Source: Minisyncoccota bacterium
GTDB taxonomy: Bacteria; Patescibacteriota; Minisyncoccia; Phycocordibacterales; UBA9973
Assembly: GCA_041663185.1 (NCBI GenBank)
Contig: JBAZQY010000002.1
Coordinates: 74,629 to 138,628 of the forward strand
DNA length: 64,000 nt
Direction: 5' to 3'
Positions 9,914 through 19,019 of this stretch are shown here, one piece after another; positions within the stretch are counted from its first letter, which is position 1, and each line of letters starts with the position of its first letter. Position numbers and translations under genes: made by a program. The notes beneath the pieces are model-generated. The model had not been told where the DNA came from. It searched no databases and worked only from the letters and a program-made list of their open reading frames with translations.

Positions 9914-11215
9914 ATGAAAGTCAAAGATTTAAAAAAATTTAAATTGCCAGAGAAACCAGGAGTTTATTTTTTTTACAAAAATAAAGATATTTTATATATA
10001 GGCAAGGCCACTTCGCTTCGCGATAGGGTAAAAAGCTATTTTGGTAAAGATCTCATAGTAACTCGTGGGCCAATTATTCTCGACATGGTAACTCAGGCAA
10101 CCTCGATTAAATGGCAGGAAACTGACAGTGTTCTAGAAGCGCTTATCTTAGAGGCAAATCTGATTAAAAAATATCAGCCGAAGTATAATACTAAAGAGAA
10201 AGATAATAAGAGTTTTAATTATGTTTGTATTACAAAGGAGGAAATACCCAAAGTTTTGGTTGTTCGTGGAAGGAACTTAAATTACCGAGCTGAAGGAAAG
10301 TTTTTCTCAGGTCCTCGGACGAGGGAGGACGAGGGGCCAGACCATTCAAAAAATCTTTCCTTCGGCTCGGTCTATGGCCCATTTCCAAATGGTTCACAAT
10401 TAAAAGAGGCGATGAGAATCGTGCGCAGGATTTTCCCATATATTGATGAACAATCCAGCAAAAAAAATAACAAAGAATTCTACAAACAATTGGGGCTAGT
10501 TCCTATTATTGGGGAGACAAAGCAGAAACATAAAAATTTTTATGTTTCTGCTTTGTCTGATTACAAGAAAAATATCAGAAATTTGAAGTTATTTTTTGAA
10601 GGCAAAAAGAAAAGAATAATTTCAAATTTAAAGAAAGAAATGGCAGCATTTTCAAAATCGCGAGATTTTGAAAATGCTGCTCGAATTCGCGACCAGATTT
10701 TTGCTTTAAATCATATAAACGATGTGGCTTTAATCAAAGAGGATAAGATATTCGGAAGTCCGACTTCCGAATATAGAGTTGAGGCATATGACATAGCTCA
10801 CATGTCAGGGCAAAATATGGTTGGAGTTATGACAGTTATGGAAGATGGACTACTCGCCAAAAATGAATATAAAAAATTTATAATTCGTTCGCAAAAATCT
10901 TCGAATGATACCGGCGCTCTTGAGGAAGTTCTTTCTCGTCGCTTTCGACATATAGAATGGGGCTTACCAAACCTCATTGTTGTCGATGGAAGTACTGCCC
11001 AGATAAATGTTGCCAAACGAGTTTTAAATAGATATCAATTCAAAATCGCAGTTGTTTCTGTTGTCAAAGACGACAAACATAAAGCCAAAGCAATAATGGG
11101 GGATGAAATACTCATCAAAAAATACAAAAAAGAGATTCTCCTAATAAACAGCGAAGCGCACCGTTTTGCAATTGCCTTTCATAAACAAAAAAGAAATAAA
11201 AATTTCCTCAGATAG
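9914..11215 (+). CDS. uvrC: Excinuclease ABC subunit C, short form with no obvious HhH domain; three in-frame palindromic inserts
   Basis: PGVY..LYIGKATSLRDRVKSYF GIY-YIG, EALILEANLIKKYQPKYN, UVR DFENAARIRD, RNaseH-like EAYDIAH..VVDG..EAHRFAI. Confidence 0.92.
   Translation: MKVKDLKKFKLPEKPGVYFFYKNKDILYIGKATSLRDRVKSYFGKDLIVTRGPIILDMVTQATSIKWQETDSVLEALILEANLIKKYQPKYNTKEKDNKSFNYVCITKEEIPKVLVVRGRNLNYRAEGKFFSGPRTREDEGPDHSKNLSFGSVYGPFPNGSQLKEAMRIVRRIFPYIDEQSSKKNNKEFYKQLGLVPIIGETKQKHKNFYVSALSDYKKNIRNLKLFFEGKKKRIISNLKKEMAAFSKSRDFENAARIRDQIFALNHINDVALIKEDKIFGSPTSEYRVEAYDIAHMSGQNMVGVMTVMEDGLLAKNEYKKFIIRSQKSSNDTGALEEVLSRRFRHIEWGLPNLIVVDGSTAQINVAKRVLNRYQFKIAVVSVVKDDKHKAKAIMGDEILIKKYKKEILLINSEAHRFAIAFHKQKRNKNFLR
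10284..10371 (+). repeat. Hairpin element family C, in-frame in uvrC (RAEGKFFSGPRTREDEGPDHSKNLSFGS)
   Basis: Arms 10284-10305 / 10349-10371; 37-nt core 10309-10345 identical to 35418-35454. Confidence 0.93.
10515..10558. repeat. Perfect 44-nt palindrome in uvrC: family-A-like arms with no core
   Basis: agacaaagcagaaacataaaaa|tttttatgtttctgctttgtct; encodes TKQKHKNFYVSALS; arm resembles gcaggaacataaaaatt of the 7931 copy. Confidence 0.9.
10748..10774. repeat. 27-nt palindrome in-frame in uvrC (IFGSPTSEY)
   Basis: atattcggaagtc-c-gacttccgaatat, perfect 13-bp arms. Confidence 0.85.
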
Positions 11216-11312
11216 GAAAGATTATATGCAAAAATTATGAGTAGGTGTGGGCGCGCGCCGAGCGAAGCGAGGTAGGGATAAGCGAATAATTTTTGTATAT
11301 AATCTTTCCTAT
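11212..11312 (-). repeat. Hairpin element family B, intergenic; left arm contains the uvrC stop codon
   Basis: 27-bp arms with one G.T pair; core is the reverse complement of the uvrB/murB core and contains GCGAAGC. Confidence 0.93.
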
Positions 11313-11369
11313 TTTCAAATAAAAGCTATTTCAATTCCTATTATTTTAAATAATTGTTATAATGAATTT

Positions 11370-12374
11370 ATGATAAAAGTTGGAGTTATTCGTGGGGGAA
11401 TAAGTGGGGAATATGAAGTATCACTTGCAAGTGGTGCTCAAGTTCTTGAACATTTACGAAGCGACAAGATGAATAAAAAATACAAACCCGTTGATATCTT
11501 TATTGATCGCGATGGTATTTGGCATGTGAGTGGCATTCCTACAACGATGGATAAAATAATTCACAAAGTAGATGTTATTGTAAATGCTCTTCATGGGGAC
11601 TATGGTGAAGATGGTAAGGTCCAACAGTTGCTTGAGCAGTGGGGGATTCCATATACCGGTAGTGGGCCTTTTGCTTCAGCTATTGGCTACAACAAACTGC
11701 TAACCAAACAAGAATTTTCAAAGTTAGGAATAAACACACCAAGGCATATTCTTTTCCCAGCATATCAGGAAGATTTTGATGGACCAAAAGATAAATATGC
11801 ACTTTCAAAAGCTCGAGAAGTTCTTGAGCGCTTGCCCCCACCATGGATTGTAAAGCCCCTAACTGGTGGGTCATCGATGGGTATGCATATTTGTAAAACG
11901 TTTCAATCTCTTATTGATGCATTTAAAGATGGTGTCAATGGAAAGGTTAGTGTGCTTGTCGAAGAGTTTATAAAAGGCAAAGAAGCGACGGTAGGAGTGA
12001 TAGATAATTTTCGAGGAAAAGATATTTATACTCTCCCTCCGATTGAAATCCGAATTCCAAAAACGAGTGCATTTTTTGATAATGAAGTGAAATACAACGG
12101 TCAATCACAAGAAATTTGCCCGGGAAATTTTACAGATACTGAGAAAGAAGAGCTTGAACGCCTAGCTTCTCTTATCCACACCGGATTGGATCTTAGCCAC
12201 TATTCAAGAAGCGATTTCATTATTCACCCAAAGAGGGGCATTTTTGCTCTCGAAGTAAATACCTTGCCAGGGCTTACGGGAGAGTCACTAATGCCTAAAG
12301 CACTCAAGGCTGTCGGTTCTGATTTGCCTGAGTTTATTGAACATATCATTAAATTGGCGAAGAATCGAAGATAG
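11370..12374 (+). CDS. ddl: D-alanine--D-alanine ligase
   Basis: GGISGEYEVSLASG, LHGDYGEDG, VKP..GGSSMG, LEVNTLPGLT; start at ATG 11370, just after TGnTATAAT. Confidence 0.95.
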   Translation: MIKVGVIRGGISGEYEVSLASGAQVLEHLRSDKMNKKYKPVDIFIDRDGIWHVSGIPTTMDKIIHKVDVIVNALHGDYGEDGKVQQLLEQWGIPYTGSGPFASAIGYNKLLTKQEFSKLGINTPRHILFPAYQEDFDGPKDKYALSKAREVLERLPPPWIVKPLTGGSSMGMHICKTFQSLIDAFKDGVNGKVSVLVEEFIKGKEATVGVIDNFRGKDIYTLPPIEIRIPKTSAFFDNEVKYNGQSQEICPGNFTDTEKEELERLASLIHTGLDLSHYSRSDFIIHPKRGIFALEVNTLPGLTGESLMPKALKAVGSDLPEFIEHIIKLAKNRR

Positions 12375-12430
12375 TTATTTAAAGGGTATTGATTTTTCTA
12401 CATAAATATGATATAATATTAAGATAAATT

Positions 12431-13438
12431 ATGAAAAGATTTCTCGAAAAAATTACTCATACTATTATTCCCCACGAAAAGAACAGCAACGTTCCTCATA
12501 TTTTGAAGATAGAATCTCTGTTTGTTATCGCTACTTTTGCTATTGTTTTATTTTATTTTAATCAAAACAATTTTAGTATAATTAGGAATTTAAATTTATC
12601 AGCAACAGTTTATCCGGCGGTGCTTGCAGACCTCGCCAATCAAGATCGAGCAGTTTCTGGTGTATCTCTACTTACTTGGAACAATACTCTTGCCGAGGGA
12701 GCCAAATTAAAAGCCCTTGATATGGCGGAGAATAGTTACTTTGCCCACACGAGCCCATCTGGGGTTACTCCATGGTCATGGTTTGCAAAAGTAAATTATA
12801 ATTTTATCTATGCTGGAGAGAATCTGGCGGTAGATTTTACTGAATCAAAAAATGTACAGAACGCTTGGCTTAATTCTCCGACCCATCGAGCCAATATTTT
12901 AAGTTCACATTTCACTGAAGTGGGGATTGCGACCGTTGATGGAGTTTTTGAGGGTAAGAATACGACTTTTGTTGTCGAGTTTTTTGGCAGACCAGCTGAA
13001 GCTAAAGTGATTGAAAAATCTATTCTCAAAACACCCCAAACATTACCAAAAGAAACAAATAAAGTTACAACATCAAGTGTCGCCGGAGTATCAGCCGAGA
13101 AAGTACCGTCTCAAAATACTAAGCAAGATTTAAATATTAAAACAGTAGAAGAGACAGACAAATATATTGTTGTTAAAAATGAAAACATTCTAGGTGAAGA
13201 GTTTCCGATAATTTCAGATAATTTGAAAAGTAAATCATTGTCGACTTGTTTTGAGCGTTTTATCGTAAGCCCAACACAGACAATTAAATATATTTATATG
13301 ATTGTTCTCGTGCTAGTTTTGATCGCTATTTTATTAATGCTTTCAAAAGAGTACAAGAAACACCACATAAAACATGTAGTTATGGGAGTGGTACTCGTCA
13401 TTATAGTGGCGGTACTTTTATACACTATCTCTGTATAA
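12431..13438 (+). CDS. CAP (SCP-like) domain membrane protein
   Basis: KALDM..YFAHTSPSG, AGENLA, WLNSPTHRANIL, EVGI; N- and C-terminal TM segments. Confidence 0.88.
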   Translation: MKRFLEKITHTIIPHEKNSNVPHILKIESLFVIATFAIVLFYFNQNNFSIIRNLNLSATVYPAVLADLANQDRAVSGVSLLTWNNTLAEGAKLKALDMAENSYFAHTSPSGVTPWSWFAKVNYNFIYAGENLAVDFTESKNVQNAWLNSPTHRANILSSHFTEVGIATVDGVFEGKNTTFVVEFFGRPAEAKVIEKSILKTPQTLPKETNKVTTSSVAGVSAEKVPSQNTKQDLNIKTVEETDKYIVVKNENILGEEFPIISDNLKSKSLSTCFERFIVSPTQTIKYIYMIVLVLVLIAILLMLSKEYKKHHIKHVVMGVVLVIIVAVLLYTISV

Positions 13439-14072
13439 TTTCTTCTTTTTTGTGACGGAAAAGGTCTATAATATAGAACATATATTTTGTTCCATTTTTT
13501 GATAAGTTGAAGAGTATTGCTATTGTAAACAATAAGATTGCAATCTTTGTACTATAAAATGCCACAACTATTGCGATAACAGCAGATATCACTGGGAAGA
13601 GGATATGCATATTTGCATGTTCGTTTTCTGTTTTAGTAAATGGTAGATTTTCAATCGTCTCGGATTTGATAGCATATCGTCTCATACGGTAAAGAATTAT
13701 ACCAATTAATATAATATTTATAGCAAAGAAAATGACTCCAGTTTTAGAATCGATATATCTTCCCAAGAAGTCAGAAGAGAATGGAACCAAAGCCACAAGG
13801 AATAAAAAGATTCCACTCAAATTTGAAAATTGCACATCAATATTTTTTGCAAGAACTGAGGCGATGATGTGGTGTGATCTCCAGTAAGTAAAAAGGAGAG
13901 AGAAGCTCAGCATGTAACTAAGCAGAAGTGGGTAGATACTAAACAGAGAACTAATAAGTGCTTGCTCTCCGACAATACCCGAAAGGATGGGCACTCGTAT
14001 TTCGAAAACTAAAATAGTCATAACGATAGCAAAGATACCATCTGATAATTGATCTAATCTTGATTGTTTCAT
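13425..14072 (-). CDS. TMEM175 (DUF1211) family K+ channel
   Basis: RLDQLSDGIFAIVMTILV (RxxxFSD-like) and YWRSHH motifs; about 6 TMs. Confidence 0.88.
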   Translation of the reverse strand: MKQSRLDQLSDGIFAIVMTILVFEIRVPILSGIVGEQALISSLFSIYPLLLSYMLSFSLLFTYWRSHHIIASVLAKNIDVQFSNLSGIFLFLVALVPFSSDFLGRYIDSKTGVIFFAINIILIGIILYRMRRYAIKSETIENLPFTKTENEHANMHILFPVISAVIAIVVAFYSTKIAILLFTIAILFNLSKNGTKYMFYIIDLFRHKKEEIIQR

Positions 14073-14102
14073 ATAGGTAATTATATTATAATACTATTCA
14101 TC

Positions 14103-15077
14103 ATGCAAAGAAAAATATTAATTACTGGTGCCTTGGGCCAAATTGGCTCAGAGCTGATACCTGCCCTAAGAGAGAAGTATGGAAGTGAGAATGTCATTGC
14201 TGTCGGGCATCACAAAGAACCAACCGAAGAATTCAAGCAAGCTGGGCCTTTTGAGATGGCAGATGCAAGTGACAAGGAAGCCGTCCGAGCTTTGATTGAA
14301 AAATATCAAATCAATACGATTTACCATTTAGTTGGTATTTTGTCGGCTGTGGGGGAGAAGAATCCGAATCTAGCTTGGGATGTGAATATGAAAAGTTTGA
14401 AAAATGTTTTAGATTTGGCTGTGGAGTATAAAATCGATAGGGTATTCTGGCCAAGTTCGATAGCGGCTTTTGGGCCGACAACACCTTTATACGATACTCC
14501 TCAACAAACTATTTTGGAACCGACGACAATGTATGGAGTCACAAAAGTTTCAGGGGAATTATTATGTCAGTATTACTTTGTTAAATATGGCTTAGATATT
14601 AGAAGTTTACGTTATCCTGGAATAATTTCTTGGAAGACGCCCCCAGGTGGTGGTACGACTGACTATGCAGTTGCGATTTATTATGATGCTATCGCAAAAG
14701 GGAAGTATGAATGTTTTGTAAAAGAGGATACAGTTCTACCGATGATGTATATGGATGATGCTGTTCGTGCGACGATCCAATTGATGGAAGTCGAAAAAGA
14801 AAAAATAAAAGTGCATACTGCTTACAATCTAACAGCCATTAGTTTCTCGGCCAAAGAATTAGCCGACAATGTCGGGAAATATGTTGAGGATTTCGTCTGC
14901 ACATTTGTTCCAGATGAACGACAAAAAATTGCCGACTCATGGCCGAAGACGATCGATGATAGTAAGGCGAGAGGCGATTGGGGCTGGCAACATGAATTTG
15001 ATTTAGACAAAATTTCAGTTGAGATGATTAAAAATCTTAAAAATCCCAGTAGTAGAGCGAAGCTCACTACGGGATAA
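14103..15077 (+). CDS. NAD-dependent epimerase/dehydratase, L-threonine dehydrogenase-like SDR
   Basis: ITGALGQIG, ILSAVGE, PSSIAAFGP, YGVTK, PGGGTTDYA. Confidence 0.88.
   Translation: MQRKILITGALGQIGSELIPALREKYGSENVIAVGHHKEPTEEFKQAGPFEMADASDKEAVRALIEKYQINTIYHLVGILSAVGEKNPNLAWDVNMKSLKNVLDLAVEYKIDRVFWPSSIAAFGPTTPLYDTPQQTILEPTTMYGVTKVSGELLCQYYFVKYGLDIRSLRYPGIISWKTPPGGGTTDYAVAIYYDAIAKGKYECFVKEDTVLPMMYMDDAVRATIQLMEVEKEKIKVHTAYNLTAISFSAKELADNVGKYVEDFVCTFVPDERQKIADSWPKTIDDSKARGDWGWQHEFDLDKISVEMIKNLKNPSSRAKLTTG
15043..15075. repeat. Small hairpin element forming the SDR C-terminus
   Basis: atccc-a-gtagt-a-gagc-gaa-gctc-actac-gggat; contains GCGAAGC; similar ends at 47915-47954. Confidence 0.7.
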
Positions 15078-15100
15078 ATAAAAAGGATTAATTGGGCAAT

Positions 15101-15275
15101 AAAAAAGACCTGACATTGCTGTCAGGCCCAACCCTCATATCGAGGATTAATTAAGGTCACGCAAAAGCGGACGTGACATGTCCCCCAGGATACGGCGTTG
15201 CCAGGAACCGTTAAAATATTAGGGGGCTCGTATCTTATTTAGAATTAATATATCTAATTATAGTATTTTTGTCAA
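15101..15275 (-). other. Orphan promoter-terminator unit (putative ~140-nt sRNA)
   Basis: TTGACA (15275-15270)-N17-TATATT; terminator cctgaca/tgtcagg 15109-15126 plus U-run; internal hairpin gtcacg/cgtgac. Confidence 0.5.
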
Positions 15276-15341
15276 GTATTGTTTATACAACCCCAAAAAC
15301 AGATATTTGAGAAGTAAGTTAAAAAGTATTATGATTGAATT

Positions 15342-15557
15342 ATGCAAAAAAGAACAATCCTAAATGGGGGATATATTGGCATTCTAATGCTTTTGCTTGG
15401 AGTGGCTATTATTGTATTTTTTATTATTCGGACAGATTTATTTACAAATGAAAAAGATGGTAAAAATATGATTGAACAGAATAAGGATGCTATCGATAAA
15501 GCCAATGCAGTTAAGGCGCTGATGGAACAAAAAAGTAGGGAATCGGTTGGGGAATAA
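15342..15557 (+). CDS. Small single-TM hypothetical protein
   Basis: 71-aa ORF with an N-terminal hydrophobic helix after GGYIG. Confidence 0.6.
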   Translation: MQKRTILNGGYIGILMLLLGVAIIVFFIIRTDLFTNEKDGKNMIEQNKDAIDKANAVKALMEQKSRESVGE

Positions 15558-15757
15558 ATAAGAATTGATTATTTTGCTATGGAGTGCTACGCACACCAAA
15601 TTATTGTGTATCACAAGTTACTAAATATTTTACTCCAAGCATTCGCAAAATATGTAAGTACTCGCGACCCCAGCTCGGCAATTTTTCTGCTGAAAAATTA
15701 TGCCTGTGCTTTCCACAAACTAAAAATTCCCAAGCAGTTGGGAATTTTTTACGTTTG

Positions 15758-15830
15758 TGGACCCTACAGGACTCGAACCTGCCACCCCCTCATTGCAAAT
15801 GAGGTGCTCTACCAGATGAGCTAAGGGCCC
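15758..15830 (-). tRNA. tRNA-Ala(UGC)
   Basis: GGGCCCT/AGGGTCC acceptor stem with G3.U70, anticodon arm CCTCA-TTTGCAA-TGAGG, T-loop TTCGAGT; CCA not encoded. Confidence 0.97.
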
Positions 15831-15989
15831 AAACTTAATTCTTAATTCTTAATTCTTTCATTATATATTACCTGATTTATATTTTTTTGCAATAGTTAAA
15901 GATTAGATATTATTTTGAATTTATTGACAATATTCTTACTTCATGCTAGTATTCAGAAAAACGAAAGATAAACCTTTAAACTGAAAATT

Positions 15990-16358
15990 ATGGCACTTAT
16001 TAGCACTAGCGCAGTAATACTCCTTATCATTGCGATAGGTTTGAGTATTTATACTACAAGACCCCCGGCTCCCCAGATTCCCCGGAATTGCCCAAACTGT
16101 GGAGATCATCTGGATCTCAAGGAATCAATGGCCATTGTTTTTGCCCCTCCAATTTTATTGGAAAAGGGAGAAATAAAGCAGGAAGTTGAATTCTGTTTAA
16201 AGTGTTTGAGTCCAGAAACCCGACTGAATCAGGGAAATATGAAAAACAATTTGCGCTTATTCTTCTCCTATGATGAGAAGCAAATTGAGGAAGTAATTAG
16301 TGCTTTCAATGATTACAGAAGAAAAGCGCTAAAACCCGTTCACTCTTTTCAAAAATAA
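15990..16358 (+). CDS. Orphan protein with TM anchor and CxxC..CxxC, in its own promoter-terminator unit
   Basis: TTGACA(15924)-N17-TAGTAT upstream; ggccggtgca/tgcattggcc-U5 terminator downstream. Confidence 0.6.
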   Translation: MALISTSAVILLIIAIGLSIYTTRPPAPQIPRNCPNCGDHLDLKESMAIVFAPPILLEKGEIKQEVEFCLKCLSPETRLNQGNMKNNLRLFFSYDEKQIEEVISAFNDYRRKALKPVHSFQK

Positions 16359-16412
16359 TAATGAGATATAATTTATAGGCCGGTGCAATATGCATTGGCC
16401 TTTTTAATTTTT

Positions 16413-16600
16413 AAAATAAAAACCCCCGGAACAAATTGTTCCAGGGGAGTTGTTAAACTTTACTTAAATGAAAAGGTTTCACCAAAAAGGCTGGCAGCTT
16501 TACCACGACTGTTCAGCAAGTGAGAACCCTTTATCTTGAATTCTCATAAAGAGAACAATTTATTTCCCTTATATAGTATCAAATACCTTAGATAAGTCAA
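16413..16600 (-). other. Orphan promoter-terminator unit with no clear ORF
   Basis: TTGACT (16600-16595)-N16-TACTAT with TG extension; hairpin 16423-16447 plus U-run. Confidence 0.45.
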
Positions 16601-16637
16601 GAATAGAGACTACAGAGGTTTAAACTCAAATAAGATT

Positions 16638-16851
16638 AAAAAAAGCCCCAAACGAAATATCGCTTGAAGGGCTTTTCAACAATCAAAAACCACTATTATG
16701 GAAACATTACGAAGTCTATTAAAGAACAAAATAAGGATCCCGATAAGATACCTATAAAAATGGAGGTAAGCAAAAATGGTACTTACACGGGATCCCCAAT
16801 TTAATAACCAAAAACTACTTATATTATCGAAAATTAAAATCAATCTGTCAA
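16638..16851 (-). other. Promoter-terminator unit with a decayed hydrophobic mini-ORF
   Basis: TTGACA (16851-16846); terminator 16641-16676; one frame reads IGDPV*VPFLLTSIFIGILSGSLFCSLIDFVMFP*. Confidence 0.4.
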
Positions 16852-16939
16852 GCATTATTTCCTTACCAAAATGTTTGAAAAATGAAGAGAAAAAGAGTAC
16901 CATGAAGGGGTAATTACGAATTAAAGAGGGGAAATGCAC

Positions 16940-17815
16940 ATGGAAGAAATTGAGATAAAGCACAAAAAATCTATGCCGAAATTTCTGAAACGAATTTTGA
17001 AAATTTTCGGGTTGTTTTTGCTTATTTTTGTCGCTTCCGGCGTTTCGTATTTTGTTTATGATTCTGTTTTATATAGTTCTTACCAAAATATTTCCGGTGG
17101 AGCGATGCAAGGGGATTGCAATGTCTTGGGTATCAATATCCGAGGCGACCTTTATACCTATCTCGTCCGGGATGAGGACGGCTACGTTACAGAAGATTAT
17201 CTAGATGCGACTTCATCAGAAGAGATTATTGATTCATTAGAAAACGCCAAAAATGATACGAATGTCAAAGCAGTTATGTTCGATGTCGATTCTTATGGGG
17301 GCGCGCCAGTTGCTGGTGAGGAGATAGCGATTGCGATAAAATCAACCGAGAAGCCGACAGTGGCTTTCATTCGCCAAGCCGGAGTTTCGGCCGCTTATTG
17401 GGCAATTTCGAGTGCTGATTGGATATTGGCTTCGAAAAGTTCGGATGTTGGTAGTATTGGAGTCACTATGTCTTATCTTGAAAAGGCTAAACAAAACGAA
17501 GATTCGGGACTCAAATATATTGAACTTTCTTCCGGCAAATACAAAGATGCTGGTGATCCGGACAGGATTCTCTCGAAAGAAGAAAAGGAAGTTTTGCTTC
17601 GTGACGTCCTACTTACGCACGAGAATTTCATTCGCGCAGTTTCGGAAAATAGAAATATTCCACTGGAAAAGGTTGCAAGTTTTGCCGATGGCTCGAGTGT
17701 GCTCGGCGAACAAGCAAAAAGTTTGGGACTAATAGATGCAGTCGGCGGTTATGAGGAAGCAAGAAATTATCTGTCGGAAAAAATTGGGGAGGAAGTCGAA
17801 GTTTGCTGGTGGTAG
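16940..17815 (+). CDS. sppA: S49 family signal peptide peptidase, short SppA type
   Basis: VDSYGG, SAAYWAISSAD, VGSIGV, SGKYKDAG, AKSLGLID. Confidence 0.88.
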   Translation: MEEIEIKHKKSMPKFLKRILKIFGLFLLIFVASGVSYFVYDSVLYSSYQNISGGAMQGDCNVLGINIRGDLYTYLVRDEDGYVTEDYLDATSSEEIIDSLENAKNDTNVKAVMFDVDSYGGAPVAGEEIAIAIKSTEKPTVAFIRQAGVSAAYWAISSADWILASKSSDVGSIGVTMSYLEKAKQNEDSGLKYIELSSGKYKDAGDPDRILSKEEKEVLLRDVLLTHENFIRAVSENRNIPLEKVASFADGSSVLGEQAKSLGLIDAVGGYEEARNYLSEKIGEEVEVCWW

Positions 17816-17945
17816 AATATATGAGTGTTATGCGAAATAGAATTTATGCTAAAGTAGGGAATAGGAAAGAGATGCTCGAAAAAAGATCGAGATTTTAGAA
17901 ACGAAATGAAAAGGCAAACATACGAAATATAATAAGTTATAATTT

Positions 17946-18782
17946 ATGAAACCAAAAACACTGCAGATGCTTGTTCCAGGAGGAAATCCTAATGGAATGA
18001 AAATAATAGAACTTCCTGGATGGTCTGGCAAGTGTTTTTTATTACCTCGTCAAAATTTAAAAGAATTAAAGGATTCCTCTGATGTAAACCAACCGGGTCT
18101 TTATATTTTATTTGGTTCGAATGAAGAGTCAGGAGATGATCTTGCTTATATAGGTGAATCAGAAAATTTTTACAGTCGTATTACAAATCATGATGCAAAT
18201 AAAGACTTTTGGAATACAGCTGTTATTTTTACCGGGGAATTAAATAAAGCCCATGTTAAATATTTAGAGTATAAGGCTACGGCATTAGCCCATAAAGTAA
18301 ATCGTATGACGGTTCAAAACAAAGTACAACCTCCAGAAAATTCATTATCATATTTTGATAAGATTTCAGCCGAAGAATATTTTGAAAATGTACAATTTAT
18401 TTTAGAAGCATTGGGGTACCAACTTTTTGAAGCTGTTGCTGAGTCAATTTCTGACACTAAGCTTTATTATTTAAAAGCTGAAGGAGCAGACGCTAAAGCT
18501 CAATTATTAGAAGACGGTAGTCTTAATATTCTTAAAGGATCTACTGCAAGAATTAGAGAAACTGAAGCATTTTTTGGTTGGTCAAAGGCTGCAAGAGAAA
18601 AGTTTCTTAAGGATGGTATTTTAATTGAGAAGGGAGACGGGATATCTTATTTATTTACAAAAGATGTTTTATTTAAAAGTCCTACTGCTGCTGCCGCTAC
18701 GACCACAGGAAGACCAATCAATGGGTGGACATCATGGAAAGATGAATCTGGTAATACGTTAGATGAAAATTTAAGGAAATAG
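17946..18782 (+). CDS. GIY-YIG nuclease with DUF4357-like C-terminal domain
   Basis: PGLYILFG..AYIGESEN..RI..H..KDFW; C-terminal FKSPTAAA..GRPINGWTSWKD. Confidence 0.8.
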   Translation: MKPKTLQMLVPGGNPNGMKIIELPGWSGKCFLLPRQNLKELKDSSDVNQPGLYILFGSNEESGDDLAYIGESENFYSRITNHDANKDFWNTAVIFTGELNKAHVKYLEYKATALAHKVNRMTVQNKVQPPENSLSYFDKISAEEYFENVQFILEALGYQLFEAVAESISDTKLYYLKAEGADAKAQLLEDGSLNILKGSTARIRETEAFFGWSKAAREKFLKDGILIEKGDGISYLFTKDVLFKSPTAAAATTTGRPINGWTSWKDESGNTLDENLRK

Positions 18783-18983
18783 GCTTTAATTAGTCTTTCT
18801 CAAATTAAAAGTTGAGCTGTTAATCTTTAATTTGACTTTTATATATTAAAGGTATAGTTTCATCTGCCATATTCTACCAGAATATAGAGTAAAAGGTATT
18901 TAAGCCCTAACCTATGAAAAATAGTCAATTTTGTTGTTCCTAGGTTAGCAACATAGGAAGAGTTAGGAAAATAGTCAAATAGC

Positions 18984-19012
18984 TTGACTTTTAGATTCAA
19001 AGGGTATATACT
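18984..19012 (+). promoter_or_regulatory. sigma70-type promoter of the RM operon
   Basis: TTGACT-N17-TATACT, ending 7 nt before ATG 19020; a similar copy at 18832. Confidence 0.55.
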
Positions 19013-19019
19013 ACCCTAT

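Noticed and set aside
11247-11369. ORF-track N-terminal extensions of ddl (also tgt, hsdM, rpmG, leuS, SDR)
   Set aside because: They run through a repeat element, a promoter or the upstream gene; family similarity starts at the downstream ATG.
15579-15824. ORFs 15579-15824, 15584-15802 and 51013-51207
   Set aside because: Antisense shadows over tRNA genes and hairpins.
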